A stretch of 64,000 nt of DNA from an uncultured Candidatus Bathyarchaeia archaeon (lineage in GTDB: Archaea; Thermoproteota; Bathyarchaeia; RBG-16-48-13; GCA-020345945), in contig CAZBVH010000001.1 in NCBI GenBank assembly GCA_964495315.1, positions 11,248 to 75,247 on the forward strand, in the 5' to 3' direction. The notes under the pieces were generated by a model, which did not search any database, was not told the origin of the DNA, and worked only from the letters and a program-made list of their open reading frames with translations. A program made the translations under genes and the position numbers. Of the stretch, positions 1-9,567 are shown piece by piece; within the stretch, counting starts at the first letter, position 1, and each line of letters starts with the position of its first letter.

Positions 1-807
1 CTCGAACAAGGATACCATTATGTTCGTGCTCAGATTGCAGTTCCCGGGTACTCAACCTACGGGGCTAGAGACATACTAGGCGAACGAAGAGCTTGGAAAC
101 CCATATCACCAGAGCAGGAGAATGTCTTTGAACCCACAGCATACGTGAATGCGGTTCTAGAACTCTTCAAGCATCTTCGAGCTGAATTCGGGTACGATGT
201 CGAACTGCTTCACGATGTGCATGAAAGAGTGCCACCGATCCAGGCGATCACGCTTGCAAAAGAACTGGAGAAATACCGGCTGTTCTTCTTGGAGGATCCT
301 TTTGCCCCCGAAGACATCGAATACTTCCGTATCCTTCGGGAACAGGCGAGCACGCCGGTCGCTATGGGTGAGCTCTTCAACAATCCGAATGAGTATGTGC
401 CCTTGATCAAGGATCGGTTGATCGATTTCATCCGTGTCCACCTATCGCAGATCGGTGGTCTAAGTATGGGGCGCAAGCTTGCCGCGATGTGCGAGTTCTT
501 CGGGGTTAGGACAGCCTGGCACGGTCCAGGTGATGTCTCACCAGTAGGACATGCCGCCAACCTTGCGCTAGACCTTGCCTGCTACAACTTCGGCATTCAG
601 GAGCAGACCGTGTTCGGGGAGACGTCTCGCAAGGTGTTTCCTGGGTGTCCTGAGATCAGGGACGGATACCTCTGGCCGAACGATATGCCTGGGCTTGGGA
701 TCGATGTTGATGAGGAGCTAGCCGCCAAATATCCGTTCCCAGATGACCCCTTACGCGGCGGATGGGAGGCCGTTCGCAAGACCGACGGGACGGTAATCAG
801 ACCATAA
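1..807 (+). CDS. Enolase-superfamily D-mannonate dehydratase/RspA-type protein (5' partial)
   Basis: Frame is open from base 1 (LEQGYHYVRAQIAVPG...). Motifs LLHDVHER, FFLEDP, MGELF, TAWHGPGDVSPVG and NFGIQE are typical of ManD/RspA. Confidence 0.88.
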   Translation, partial: LEQGYHYVRAQIAVPGYSTYGARDILGERRAWKPISPEQENVFEPTAYVNAVLELFKHLRAEFGYDVELLHDVHERVPPIQAITLAKELEKYRLFFLEDPFAPEDIEYFRILREQASTPVAMGELFNNPNEYVPLIKDRLIDFIRVHLSQIGGLSMGRKLAAMCEFFGVRTAWHGPGDVSPVGHAANLALDLACYNFGIQEQTVFGETSRKVFPGCPEIRDGYLWPNDMPGLGIDVDEELAAKYPFPDDPLRGGWEAVRKTDGTVIRP

Positions 808-840
808 AGGAATCTCGAATCGTGCGCATCGGGTTGTAGC

Positions 841-2058
841 TCAGCCCTTGCCCGGAGGAATCTTATGGAGTTCCTCGATAGCAGCGCGGACCCTATCCTG
901 GTCTATATCTAAAGCCACGCAGGCCTTATCGGTAATTGTAGTTCCATGTGGGGGGCATCCCGGAACGAAGATGCCGATTTCACGATACTGGTTGGCGCAT
1001 CTCCCAACAACTAGAGGCTTTCCCCTCACCTTTGGGATTTCCTCTGGTCTACCCATGATTACGGTCAACTCCCCAAGCTTACCGTCGTAGCCTGCCTCCC
1101 TCAGGTATACGAATGTGCTGTAGATCTCTCCCATGCATCCTGTGCATGCATCCTTCTCAATGAGGGTAACCGTCCCGAAGCGGCTCCTGAATACCTCGGA
1201 GTACGGCCTGAATCGCCTCGCTACTTCCTCGACTCTCAGTCCTCTAACCTCAATCTGACTCGGATCAGCTGTGCCAAGTCCCTTCTCTTGGGCCAACTGT
1301 ATGTGAAGGACCATTGCAGGGTCAAGGCGCATGATCCTTGCACAGGTGGTGTCGACGGCTACTGGGTCAGCCCCAGCCACTACCAAGTTCAAGTTAACGC
1401 GGTCTCTCGGGTATTCCCAGGTTCCTTCCATGCAGTTGACCGCGTCCACTACGGTGAAATGGGGCTTCACAGCCTTGTTCAGGTCCACGATCGCCCTGTC
1501 CAAACCGCATTGGTGCGTCCTCCTCTTCTCCAAGCCGGGTAAGATGCCTTTCATGTTCTTCAGGCTGCATGTGATCGCTGTCCTGACGTGTGTCTTCAGC
1601 ACGGGTACGCTGATTATGACATCTGCCTCGAGAGCGGTCTTCGCAACCGTGAACTTCTTCATCACGTAGGCATCAGGGATTTCCACCTCAACCGTTTGAT
1701 CCCTGTTCAGGTCGATAAGCTCAACACCGCATCGTTGAGCTACATCTTCGGTCCCGGACATCTTGAACGCGTCCAAGGTATCTCGAAAGTCTGGAAAATC
1801 GTATCCAACACTGGCCCCTTCTCCTATGATGATTCTCCGAGGGTTCCGTTCCTTCGCTATCTTCACAACGGCTTCAGTGACTCTAGCATCCGTGAGGATA
1901 CCTGTACCGGACTCCAACGGGCGCAGAACATTAGGTTTTATCAGAACGGTGGAGCCCCTACCAATCAGGGTGTCCAGCCCTCCGGCTTGCTTTGCCGCTG
2001 ATCTCACTGCTCCCTCAATGTCCTCGTCCTGAACCCGGACAATTGATACAAGAGCCAA
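841..2058 (-). CDS. DUF362 domain Fe-S protein with C-terminal Cys-rich domain
   Basis: VLIKPN, LKTH..TCSLKNMKG and DPVAVD motifs. C-terminal CTGC...VGRC...PGCPP. Confidence 0.85.
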   Translation of the reverse strand: MALVSIVRVQDEDIEGAVRSAAKQAGGLDTLIGRGSTVLIKPNVLRPLESGTGILTDARVTEAVVKIAKERNPRRIIIGEGASVGYDFPDFRDTLDAFKMSGTEDVAQRCGVELIDLNRDQTVEVEIPDAYVMKKFTVAKTALEADVIISVPVLKTHVRTAITCSLKNMKGILPGLEKRRTHQCGLDRAIVDLNKAVKPHFTVVDAVNCMEGTWEYPRDRVNLNLVVAGADPVAVDTTCARIMRLDPAMVLHIQLAQEKGLGTADPSQIEVRGLRVEEVARRFRPYSEVFRSRFGTVTLIEKDACTGCMGEIYSTFVYLREAGYDGKLGELTVIMGRPEEIPKVRGKPLVVGRCANQYREIGIFVPGCPPHGTTITDKACVALDIDQDRVRAAIEELHKIPPGKG

Positions 2059-2276
2059 GACCCCTTCCTCCTACTGATGCCATCACTTTCTGACCAGTCA
2101 GGTTCTATAACATTAACTGAATCGCTCGTACGAGACTCGCAGTCAACCCAGCAGCTAACGGCTTTTCCTGCAATTCACACCTGTCGTCTGACGTTCTGGC
2201 GCATCTAGCCATATCCTTCGATGGCCAACCGCTACCCAAATGACTCTGTCAAAGAGACAAAGGCAGGACGCACCCC

Positions 2277-3173
2277 CTAATACGCATAGTCGAGGATGAT
2301 TGCGGCAGCATAAAGTATCATGGCCAAATGGAAGAGCGGAAGTGCCCTCAATCCTGATTCAGGGTTCTTCCCTCCCATCACTATACAGTTTGCAATGATT
2401 AGTAAGCAGAACGCAATCAAGAACCCACCCAAGGCTATCGATCCCAGCCGTATCAAGAACAGCGGTGCCATACCGAAATGCAGGAGCGTGAACAACAATA
2501 TCCAGCGTGCGGTGCCCTCGGTCCCATACAGCACCGTTACCGTCTTCACATTCCTCGCTTTGTCATTCCTAATATCTGCGAGATCGTTCAATCCAAGATG
2601 TGCCAAGGTCCAAGGATAGAAGAACATGAAATAGGAGAGGGCGGTCCCATCTGGTTGACCATAGCAGAGATAGCCTGCGATAGGGAAGAGGGAGAGATCT
2701 GTTCTTCCTAGAAGCTGTGCTAGAGGGAACCTCTGTTCTCTCTTTCTTACTTGATAGAAGACCTCAACAAAGTAGGAGTAGGCCATCACACCAAGTACAT
2801 ATAGGCTGTTCGGGTACGGAAGCGTAGCTATTAAGGCCGATGAGAGCGTGACAAGAAGTAAGAATAGTCCTAGCGCTTTCCTTGGATCGATTAGGCCCGA
2901 AGAGAGCGGTCTCTCTCCGAACGGTCTCCAATACTTGGTGAGTCTGTCGAATTCGATGTCCTTCTTGTCTATCTCCCTGTCGACATAGTCGTTAAGTACG
3001 AGCCCTGCTTCAAACCCGCATAGTCCGATCAATGCAGCCCTGATAGTCAGCGACCATGAGAAGCTGCCATACTTCTCAAAGGCAAGCACCAAGCCAGAGC
3101 AGAAGAGCAGGGGCCAGACGAACGAGAAATGGGCTCTCGTCAGGTCAATATATGCTCTCAGTGAGTTCTTCAT
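2277..3173 (-). CDS. UbiA-family prenyltransferase
   Basis: Asp-rich motifs NDYVDREID and NDLADIRND, RPL.SG, multiple TM helices. Start set at the ATG of MKNSL. Confidence 0.85.
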   Translation of the reverse strand: MKNSLRAYIDLTRAHFSFVWPLLFCSGLVLAFEKYGSFSWSLTIRAALIGLCGFEAGLVLNDYVDREIDKKDIEFDRLTKYWRPFGERPLSSGLIDPRKALGLFLLLVTLSSALIATLPYPNSLYVLGVMAYSYFVEVFYQVRKREQRFPLAQLLGRTDLSLFPIAGYLCYGQPDGTALSYFMFFYPWTLAHLGLNDLADIRNDKARNVKTVTVLYGTEGTARWILLFTLLHFGMAPLFLIRLGSIALGGFLIAFCLLIIANCIVMGGKNPESGLRALPLFHLAMILYAAAIILDYAY

Positions 3174-3289
3174 CGTTCTGCTTTTCCTGTTGTGTTGGAG
3201 TGGTGGTTTTGAACCTGAGCCTTGTGGAGTTGCTGTGACCATCATGTTTATTGATAAGTTTTCCGTTTTTTCTGGGAGTTGTGGCTTGG

Positions 3290-4264
3290 ATGATATGGCA
3301 GTTCCTCCTATTCTTGGCAGTTGGGCTGGTCTTCCTTGGGGGTGCCAGTGGGATAGCCGTATCGAATATTGTCGCCATATCCGAGAAGCGAAGGCTCAAG
3401 AAATCTGTTCTGAGCTTTCTTCTGGTCGCCATGTCAACATCGCTTCCTGAGCTTTTCGTCGCCATTAACGCCATTATTCTTGGGGAGATGTCTGTTTCGC
3501 TTGGAGACATCCTTGGCTCCAACATCACGAACATCTCCCTCATAATCGGTGTTTCTCTGCTGGTCGCAAGTCTAAACCACTCTGAACATACAAGAATGGT
3601 TTTGAGCGGTGAGGAGCGACGAGAGCTGATAACTGGATTGATGCTCCTCTCAATAACGCTCCTCACGCTTCTCTACCTCCAGTACGTGGGTCGTGTGATC
3701 GGCATCCTGCTGTTAGGCATCTTCTTCGTTTACTCCTACATACTGGTGCAGAAGAGAAAGGAGGACGGGGACGACAACCCGAACGAGACCACAGATAGAC
3801 GAATAGGAAAGGAGATCGCGCTAACCATCGTCGGGATAGTCGGTGTCCTCATGGGCGCGAGGCTTACGGTTAAGTCTGCGATTGAGATCGCGAACTTCTT
3901 CGGTGTTCCAGGCTCGATCATAGGTGCAACTCTAGTCGCTCTCGGAACCAGTCTGCCTGAACTCGCGGTTGATGTGAGGGCGGCTTACCGAGGCTACTTT
4001 GAGATTGCTTTGGGCGATATCGTTGGGAGTTGCTTCTTGAACTCGACGCTTATTCTCGGTCTCCTATTGACTTTCACGCCGTTCAAGGCAAACTTGCTTG
4101 TCCTGTCTGATCTTATACTGTTCGGCGTGATATCGAATCTTCTCCTATGGTACTTCTTAGGTCTCGGAAAGATAATGGGGAGACGAGAGGCTGTAATTTT
4201 CCTATCCGTCTACGTGGTTTACCTGCTGGGTCTCTTTGAGATTCTTATCTTAAGGGTTGCTTAG
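3290..4264 (+). CDS. Sodium:calcium antiporter (CaCA/YrbG family)
   Basis: Two alpha-repeats: STSLPEL...GDILGSNITN and GTSLPEL...GDIVGS. Confidence 0.9.
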   Translation: MIWQFLLFLAVGLVFLGGASGIAVSNIVAISEKRRLKKSVLSFLLVAMSTSLPELFVAINAIILGEMSVSLGDILGSNITNISLIIGVSLLVASLNHSEHTRMVLSGEERRELITGLMLLSITLLTLLYLQYVGRVIGILLLGIFFVYSYILVQKRKEDGDDNPNETTDRRIGKEIALTIVGIVGVLMGARLTVKSAIEIANFFGVPGSIIGATLVALGTSLPELAVDVRAAYRGYFEIALGDIVGSCFLNSTLILGLLLTFTPFKANLLVLSDLILFGVISNLLLWYFLGLGKIMGRREAVIFLSVYVVYLLGLFEILILRVA

Positions 4265-4535
4265 TCGGAGTCATGCAGTAATTGCGGTGTCTTGCGATTC
4301 TTGTAGTTCGGTTGATTGCTTGCATAAGGTGACTCTTCCGGTCTGCATTTCTGGAACAGTTTCTGCATGGGTCACTGGCAGGTACTATTACTGAGGATTG
4401 AAACTGTGGTGACGTAGATCTCAATTATCTGAGCACCCGAGGAAATTCTCCCGAACCCAAGACTCCCAAGAGGCCGCGTTCCAGTCGATGCATATCGGCT
4501 ACTGGCCTGTGATTTTCCTTCTCGTGGTCATCTGG

Positions 4536-5744
4536 TCATCGCGTCTCGTCTTCTTTCAAGTATGCCACAAGGACTAGCTCTGACGCTATGAATAGTCCCA
4601 CGCAAAGCGCAAAAGTGGCTGGCGGTCCATATGCGTCCCAGAGCATTGCGCCGACAACAGAGCCTGGAATAGCTATGAGCGTTATCACGGCGAACATGAC
4701 GCTGAACGTTCCAGCCCTCCTGTTTGCAGGCACTAGATCGGCGATGTACGCGTTTCTCGCTGGAAAGTTGAAGGAGTTTGCTATCGGCTCGATCGTTGCG
4801 GCGATGATCAGCCAGTAGAAGTTGGGTGCCATGAAGTATGCGACTGGGATTAGCGGGTACAGGAATCCGGCAATCAGGATCGAGTTCCTCGTTCCAAGGG
4901 TGTCTGAGAGGCGTGCTACGGGTAACCTTGAGGCTATCATCGCAACGAGCGATATGCCGGTAACTATTCCGTATTCCGTATCAGTAATGCCGACGTTCTC
5001 TATACAGTATACGACGAGGAGGGGACTCAAAGCATCTAATGCAAAGTGAGCTATCGCCCTAGAGACCATTATGGTCCGGATCGGTCCGTTGTGGAATACC
5101 CCGGCCGCGGTCTTCCTGAAGTTTTCGCTGATACGCCTCTTTTCCATGCCTGATTTCTCTGCCGTGGTCAGGGTCTCTTCTAGAAATATTGCCCTTACTG
5201 TGTTGGCGAGTAGGACGCATCCGATCGTGATGGCAATAGCTGTCTTCTCTCCCACTAGGACGCCTTGAGCCTCCATGATCACTCCCGCTACAGCCGGTAT
5301 GATGATCCCTGGGATGCTTGTTGCCGTCTCAAACCCTGCGAACGCCCGGGCGCGGTGTCTTGGATCGACGGATTCGGCTTGGATTGCTTGCAGGGGGTTC
5401 TCTCTGATCGAGTCGATGGAGATGAGCACCGTCCCTAGGAGTAGCTGCTCCCAAGACTTGGCCAAGAAATATACGACTAAGCCCAACGGTGCGATATATC
5501 CAGACAGAATGATCAGCCTCTTTCTCCCTGATATGTCAGAGACCGCCCCTCCAGTGAGGTCCATGATCATCCCTAGGGCTCTCCTAAGCGACAGTACGAG
5601 TCCAACCTCGGTCAACGTGGCTCCCAGCGATATTATGTAGAGCGCCCAGAAGGGCGTCCACATGTAGCCGGCGATGCCGTAGATGAACCCTGAGACGTAG
5701 AGAACAACCATGTTTCTGGTTAGGATACCTCTCTCCGACGTCAC
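4536..5744 (-). CDS. MFS transporter
   Basis: About 12 hydrophobic segments. MFS motif A (GAVSDISGRK; LSDTLGTR). Confidence 0.9.
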   Translation of the reverse strand: MTSERGILTRNMVVLYVSGFIYGIAGYMWTPFWALYIISLGATLTEVGLVLSLRRALGMIMDLTGGAVSDISGRKRLIILSGYIAPLGLVVYFLAKSWEQLLLGTVLISIDSIRENPLQAIQAESVDPRHRARAFAGFETATSIPGIIIPAVAGVIMEAQGVLVGEKTAIAITIGCVLLANTVRAIFLEETLTTAEKSGMEKRRISENFRKTAAGVFHNGPIRTIMVSRAIAHFALDALSPLLVVYCIENVGITDTEYGIVTGISLVAMIASRLPVARLSDTLGTRNSILIAGFLYPLIPVAYFMAPNFYWLIIAATIEPIANSFNFPARNAYIADLVPANRRAGTFSVMFAVITLIAIPGSVVGAMLWDAYGPPATFALCVGLFIASELVLVAYLKEDETR

Positions 5745-5994
5745 TGTCTCTTACTCCTAGCCTCGCCGCTCGGTCCAAGTGTAATGAAGAGTCCCAATCT
5801 TGCAGACGGCTGGAAAAGTGTTTCGAGGCTTCCTCTCACCTCTCTCCGCAATGCCAGAATCGGCTCAGAGGAGTAAAACTAGGATGGGGTTCCAGATGGA
5901 TTCACGGATCTTATCCTACCGGGTCGCAAACTGATGCTGGGGAAAATGATAATTGGTACGGCGCATCAGCTATTGATGGGGAGAGCGTATAGCA

Positions 5995-7785
5995 ATGAGA
6001 ATTCTGAGAGTAGATCTATCAACTGATTCTCTAAAGGACGAGACAATAGACGAGGAGACTGCGAAGAAGTTTGTCGGCGGCCGTGGCATCGGCGTAAAGA
6101 TTCTCTACGATGAACTCAAGGCAGGAATAGACCCGCTCGGTCCAGAGAACAAGCTGATCTTCATGACGGGACCCGCGACTGGCACGGTGTTCCCTGCGAG
6201 TGGGAGATTTCACGTGATCACCAAGTCTCCCCTCACAGGGGGTATCGGCGACGCGAACTGTGGCGGGAACTGGGGGCCGGAGCTGCGCTTCGCTGGGTTC
6301 GATGGAATAATCTTCGAAGGCAAGGCGAAAGATCCGGTCTACCTATGGATCAGGGATGGCGAGGGCGAGCTGAGAGGTGCTGAAGAATACTGGGGGCTCG
6401 GGGTCTGGGATACCGAGGACAAGATTCAGGAAGAACTTGGCGACAAGAGGGCTAAGCTTGCGAGCATCGGTCCAGCCGGAGAGAAGCTTGTACTCATGGC
6501 AGCCATAATGAACGACAAGCACAGGGCCGCGGGGAGAGCAGGGGTCGGGGCTGTGATGGGGTCGAAGAAGCTGAAGGCCGTGGTTGTTCGGGGTGGGCGG
6601 AAGCCGCCGGTGGCGGATCAAGATGGGCTCTCAAGAGCAGCTGAGAAAGCGGTTCAGAAGCTTAAGGAGAACGCTGTGACTGGGGAGGGGCTGCCAAAAG
6701 TGGGCACCGCGATCCTGATCAACGTGAACAACGAGAGTGGGGCACTCCCCACGAGAAACTTCCAGACAGGAGTGTTCCCAGGGGCTGACAAGATCAGCGG
6801 CGAGACCATACAGAAGACGATACTGACTGGCACCAAGCCCTGCTGGGGTTGCTCAATCGCTTGCGGTAGGGTGAGCACGATCACTGAACCTCCATACCAG
6901 GTCGAAGGGGAGGGCCCAGAATACGAGACAGATTGGTCCCTCGGTGCCATGTGTGGGGTCGACGACCTCAACGCCATAACCAAAGCCCACAACATCTGCG
7001 ATGAGATGGGGATGGACCCAATATCCTTCGGGAGCACGGTTGGATGTGCGATGGAGCTGTGTGAGAAGGGGTTGGTTCCCAAAGAGAAGCTTGGCGGAAT
7101 GGAGCTGAAATTCGGCAACCCACAGGCGATCGTTGAGCTGGCTTGGAGAACTGGCATTCGATCAGGGTTCGGAGACGAGATAGCCCAAGGAGCGAAGCGT
7201 CTAGCTGAATCCTATGGCGCCCCTGAGCTCGCTATGCACGTCAAGGGACTGGAGCTTCCCGCCTACGATCCTAGAGGCGTCAAGGGCCACGGGCTAGGCT
7301 ATGCAACTTCAAACCGGGGTGGATGCCACTTGAGGGCCTACATGATTGCCCCTGAGATCCTTGGCATACCTGAGAAGCTTGATCCCCTAAAACCAGATGG
7401 GAAGGCTAAGTGGGTCATCGCGTTTCAAGACATCTTCAGCATGGCTGACTCGTTGGTCGTCTGTAAGTTCCTGACGTTTGCCCTCGGTGCAGAGGACTTA
7501 ACCAGCTTGAGCAACCCAATAACGGGCTGGAACTGGTCCGCAGACGATTTCACGAAGATCGGTGAGCGAATCTACAACCTTGAACGGATGTTCATCAACC
7601 GTGAGGGCTTCTCTAGGAAGGACGACACTCTTCCTGAGAGGCTGCTCAAAGAGCCTATGCCTGAGGGACCCGCCAAAGGGCATGTCGTTGAACTGGATCA
7701 GATGCTTGACGAGTACTATGGACTCCGTGGCTGGAAGGACGGTAGGCCGACAGCAGAGAAGATCAAAGAACTTGGGCTCCGGTAA
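5995..7785 (+). CDS. aor: Tungsten-dependent aldehyde:ferredoxin oxidoreductase
   Basis: KSPLTG, GRAGVGAVMGSKKLKA, CWGCSIACG (4Fe-4S), EGPEYET, LPAYDPRG, GGCHL. Confidence 0.95.
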   Translation: MRILRVDLSTDSLKDETIDEETAKKFVGGRGIGVKILYDELKAGIDPLGPENKLIFMTGPATGTVFPASGRFHVITKSPLTGGIGDANCGGNWGPELRFAGFDGIIFEGKAKDPVYLWIRDGEGELRGAEEYWGLGVWDTEDKIQEELGDKRAKLASIGPAGEKLVLMAAIMNDKHRAAGRAGVGAVMGSKKLKAVVVRGGRKPPVADQDGLSRAAEKAVQKLKENAVTGEGLPKVGTAILINVNNESGALPTRNFQTGVFPGADKISGETIQKTILTGTKPCWGCSIACGRVSTITEPPYQVEGEGPEYETDWSLGAMCGVDDLNAITKAHNICDEMGMDPISFGSTVGCAMELCEKGLVPKEKLGGMELKFGNPQAIVELAWRTGIRSGFGDEIAQGAKRLAESYGAPELAMHVKGLELPAYDPRGVKGHGLGYATSNRGGCHLRAYMIAPEILGIPEKLDPLKPDGKAKWVIAFQDIFSMADSLVVCKFLTFALGAEDLTSLSNPITGWNWSADDFTKIGERIYNLERMFINREGFSRKDDTLPERLLKEPMPEGPAKGHVVELDQMLDEYYGLRGWKDGRPTAEKIKELGLR

Positions 7786-7816
7786 TCCACAAAGACTATC
7801 TCCATCCGTCCCCCTA

Positions 7817-7823
7817 TTTTTTT
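7817..7823 (+). terminator. Possible oligo-T archaeal terminator after aor
   Basis: T7 run about 30 nt after the aor stop, in a pyrimidine-rich tract. It lies just before the moaD start, so termination could be partial. Confidence 0.3.
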
Positions 7824-7832
7824 GGACTAAAA

Positions 7833-8120
7833 TTGCCGAAGGTTGAGGTCCGAGTATACGCGACCTTCAGGGAACTCTTTCCATCAAACACTCTAAAGAT
7901 CTCGACCGAAGCACGAGACGTCAGAGAGCTAATAGACTTCTTGACGGGGGAGTACAGTTCAGGCTTCAGAGAAAGGCTGCTCGACAAGGAGACGGGGAGA
8001 CTCCGCCCTTACAACAAGATACTTGTCAATGGGAGAGACATAGATTTCCTAGATTATCTCAAGACAGAGCTGAGAGACGGTGACTCGGTCGTCTTCTTTC
8101 CGCCAGCTGGAGGAGGATAG
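7833..8120 (+). CDS. moaD: MoaD/SAMP ubiquitin-like sulfur carrier
   Basis: Beta-grasp signature (YATFRE, ILVNGRDI, L.DGD.V) and C-terminal PPAGGG. Confidence 0.9.
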   Translation: MPKVEVRVYATFRELFPSNTLKISTEARDVRELIDFLTGEYSSGFRERLLDKETGRLRPYNKILVNGRDIDFLDYLKTELRDGDSVVFFPPAGGG

Positions 8121-8169
8121 AAGCAAGATCAGGTGGTGGGCAGAAACAGACCCGTGAGTTGATCTCGAA

Positions 8170-9402
8170 TTGGAAGACAAGGAAGACCCGATTACGGATC
8201 ATATCCTAACGGCGCGAGAAGGGGAGGTGATCTCACTTCCAAAGAGCATAATGAAGAAGCATGGGATCGCGTTAGGAGAGAAGCTCGAAGTCTATGAGAT
8301 TGGAGGAGACCTCCTACTCAAGAGGACGCATCAAGACGATATAAGACGGCTCTACGTGGAGCCCACAACCGAGTGCAATCTGGGCTGTAGGATCTGCGTA
8401 CGCAAATCCTGGGAAGACCCTATCGGGAGGATGAGCTTAGAGGATTACAGGCGACTGATGAAGATGGCATCAGCCCTTCCAAACCTGGACAGGGTGATCC
8501 TCGGCGGCTTCGGGGAACCTTTGTGTCACCCCGAGATATGCGAGATGATCCGTGTAACCAGGAAGACCCTCGGCGAAGATGTGGGTATCGAACTTACTAC
8601 TAACGCCTCTATCCTAGACGAAGAGACTTCTAGGAGGCTGGTCTCAAGCGGACTGGACAGGTTGATAGTCTCCCTTGATAGCGTCTCTTCCGCCCTATAC
8701 GAAGAGATAAGGAGCGGCGCTGACTTCTCCAGGGTCACAGCGAACATTCTTACCCTTGGCAAGGTGAAAGACAGCCTAGGCGTATCAACTCCCTCCCTCG
8801 CCATAGAGTTCGTTTCCATGAGAAGAAACATTAGAGACCTACCTGAGCTACCGCGCCTTGCCAGCCAGATGGGTGCCTCAGCTATCCTCGTAACCAATCT
8901 CCTTCCGCACACAACCGAGATGCGAGACGAAATCCTATACTCAGACTCGTCGCAGAACGACCTCCTAAATGATCTAAGGCTCCACTCGGTGAGAGAGGCG
9001 ATAAAACACTCCGTAATGCTGACCATGCCTGAAACCGCGTTGGGGACTCAAAGAGAGTGCCGTTTCATCGAGGACGATTCCTGCGTCGTCTCCTGGGACG
9101 GATATGTCAGCCCCTGCTACAGGCTGATGCACACATATCCCTGCTATGTCCTCGGGAGGATCAAGAGGGTGGTGAAGGCTCAGTTCGGGAACGTCACGAA
9201 GGAAAGCCTTAGTGAGATATGGAACTCGGGGGAGTATGTGAGGTTCAGGCACAGAGTGAAGATGTTCAGGTTCCCCTCTTGTCCTGACTGCAAGTTTAGG
9301 GACTATTGTTGGTGGACTGAGACCTCGGAGCATGACTGCTGGGGTGCAAGCCCTTCGTGCGCAGACTGCCTCTGGAGCCGAGGTATCCTTCTCTGCCCTT
9401 AG
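8170..9402 (+). CDS. Tungsten-cofactor oxidoreductase radical SAM/SPASM maturase (Cmo-like) with N-terminal AbrB-like domain
   Basis: CNLGCRIC, GGFGEP, SPASM Cys (CRFI, VSPC, CPDC..C, CWG..PSCADCLW....CP). Adjacent to aor and moaD. Confidence 0.87.
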   Translation: MEDKEDPITDHILTAREGEVISLPKSIMKKHGIALGEKLEVYEIGGDLLLKRTHQDDIRRLYVEPTTECNLGCRICVRKSWEDPIGRMSLEDYRRLMKMASALPNLDRVILGGFGEPLCHPEICEMIRVTRKTLGEDVGIELTTNASILDEETSRRLVSSGLDRLIVSLDSVSSALYEEIRSGADFSRVTANILTLGKVKDSLGVSTPSLAIEFVSMRRNIRDLPELPRLASQMGASAILVTNLLPHTTEMRDEILYSDSSQNDLLNDLRLHSVREAIKHSVMLTMPETALGTQRECRFIEDDSCVVSWDGYVSPCYRLMHTYPCYVLGRIKRVVKAQFGNVTKESLSEIWNSGEYVRFRHRVKMFRFPSCPDCKFRDYCWWTETSEHDCWGASPSCADCLWSRGILLCP

Positions 9403-9567
9403 TCTGAGCCCTCAAAGTCGAGCGCGAAAGGGAGAGATCGGAAGACGTGAAGGATCCGTGGGGCATATTCATGGTTGCCCTGAACTGAGGGAAATCTAAG
9501 GCGTTCTCATTCGAGGCTCATATTCCACGGTGGTTGGTATGCTCACCCAGATTACATGAGTAGAGGT

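Noticed and set aside
5931..5969. CTGATGC...GCATCAG inverted repeat upstream of aor as a Moco/Wco riboswitch
   Set aside because: Only a 7-bp stem with a 25-nt spacer, and no recognisable riboswitch consensus. Could be chance.
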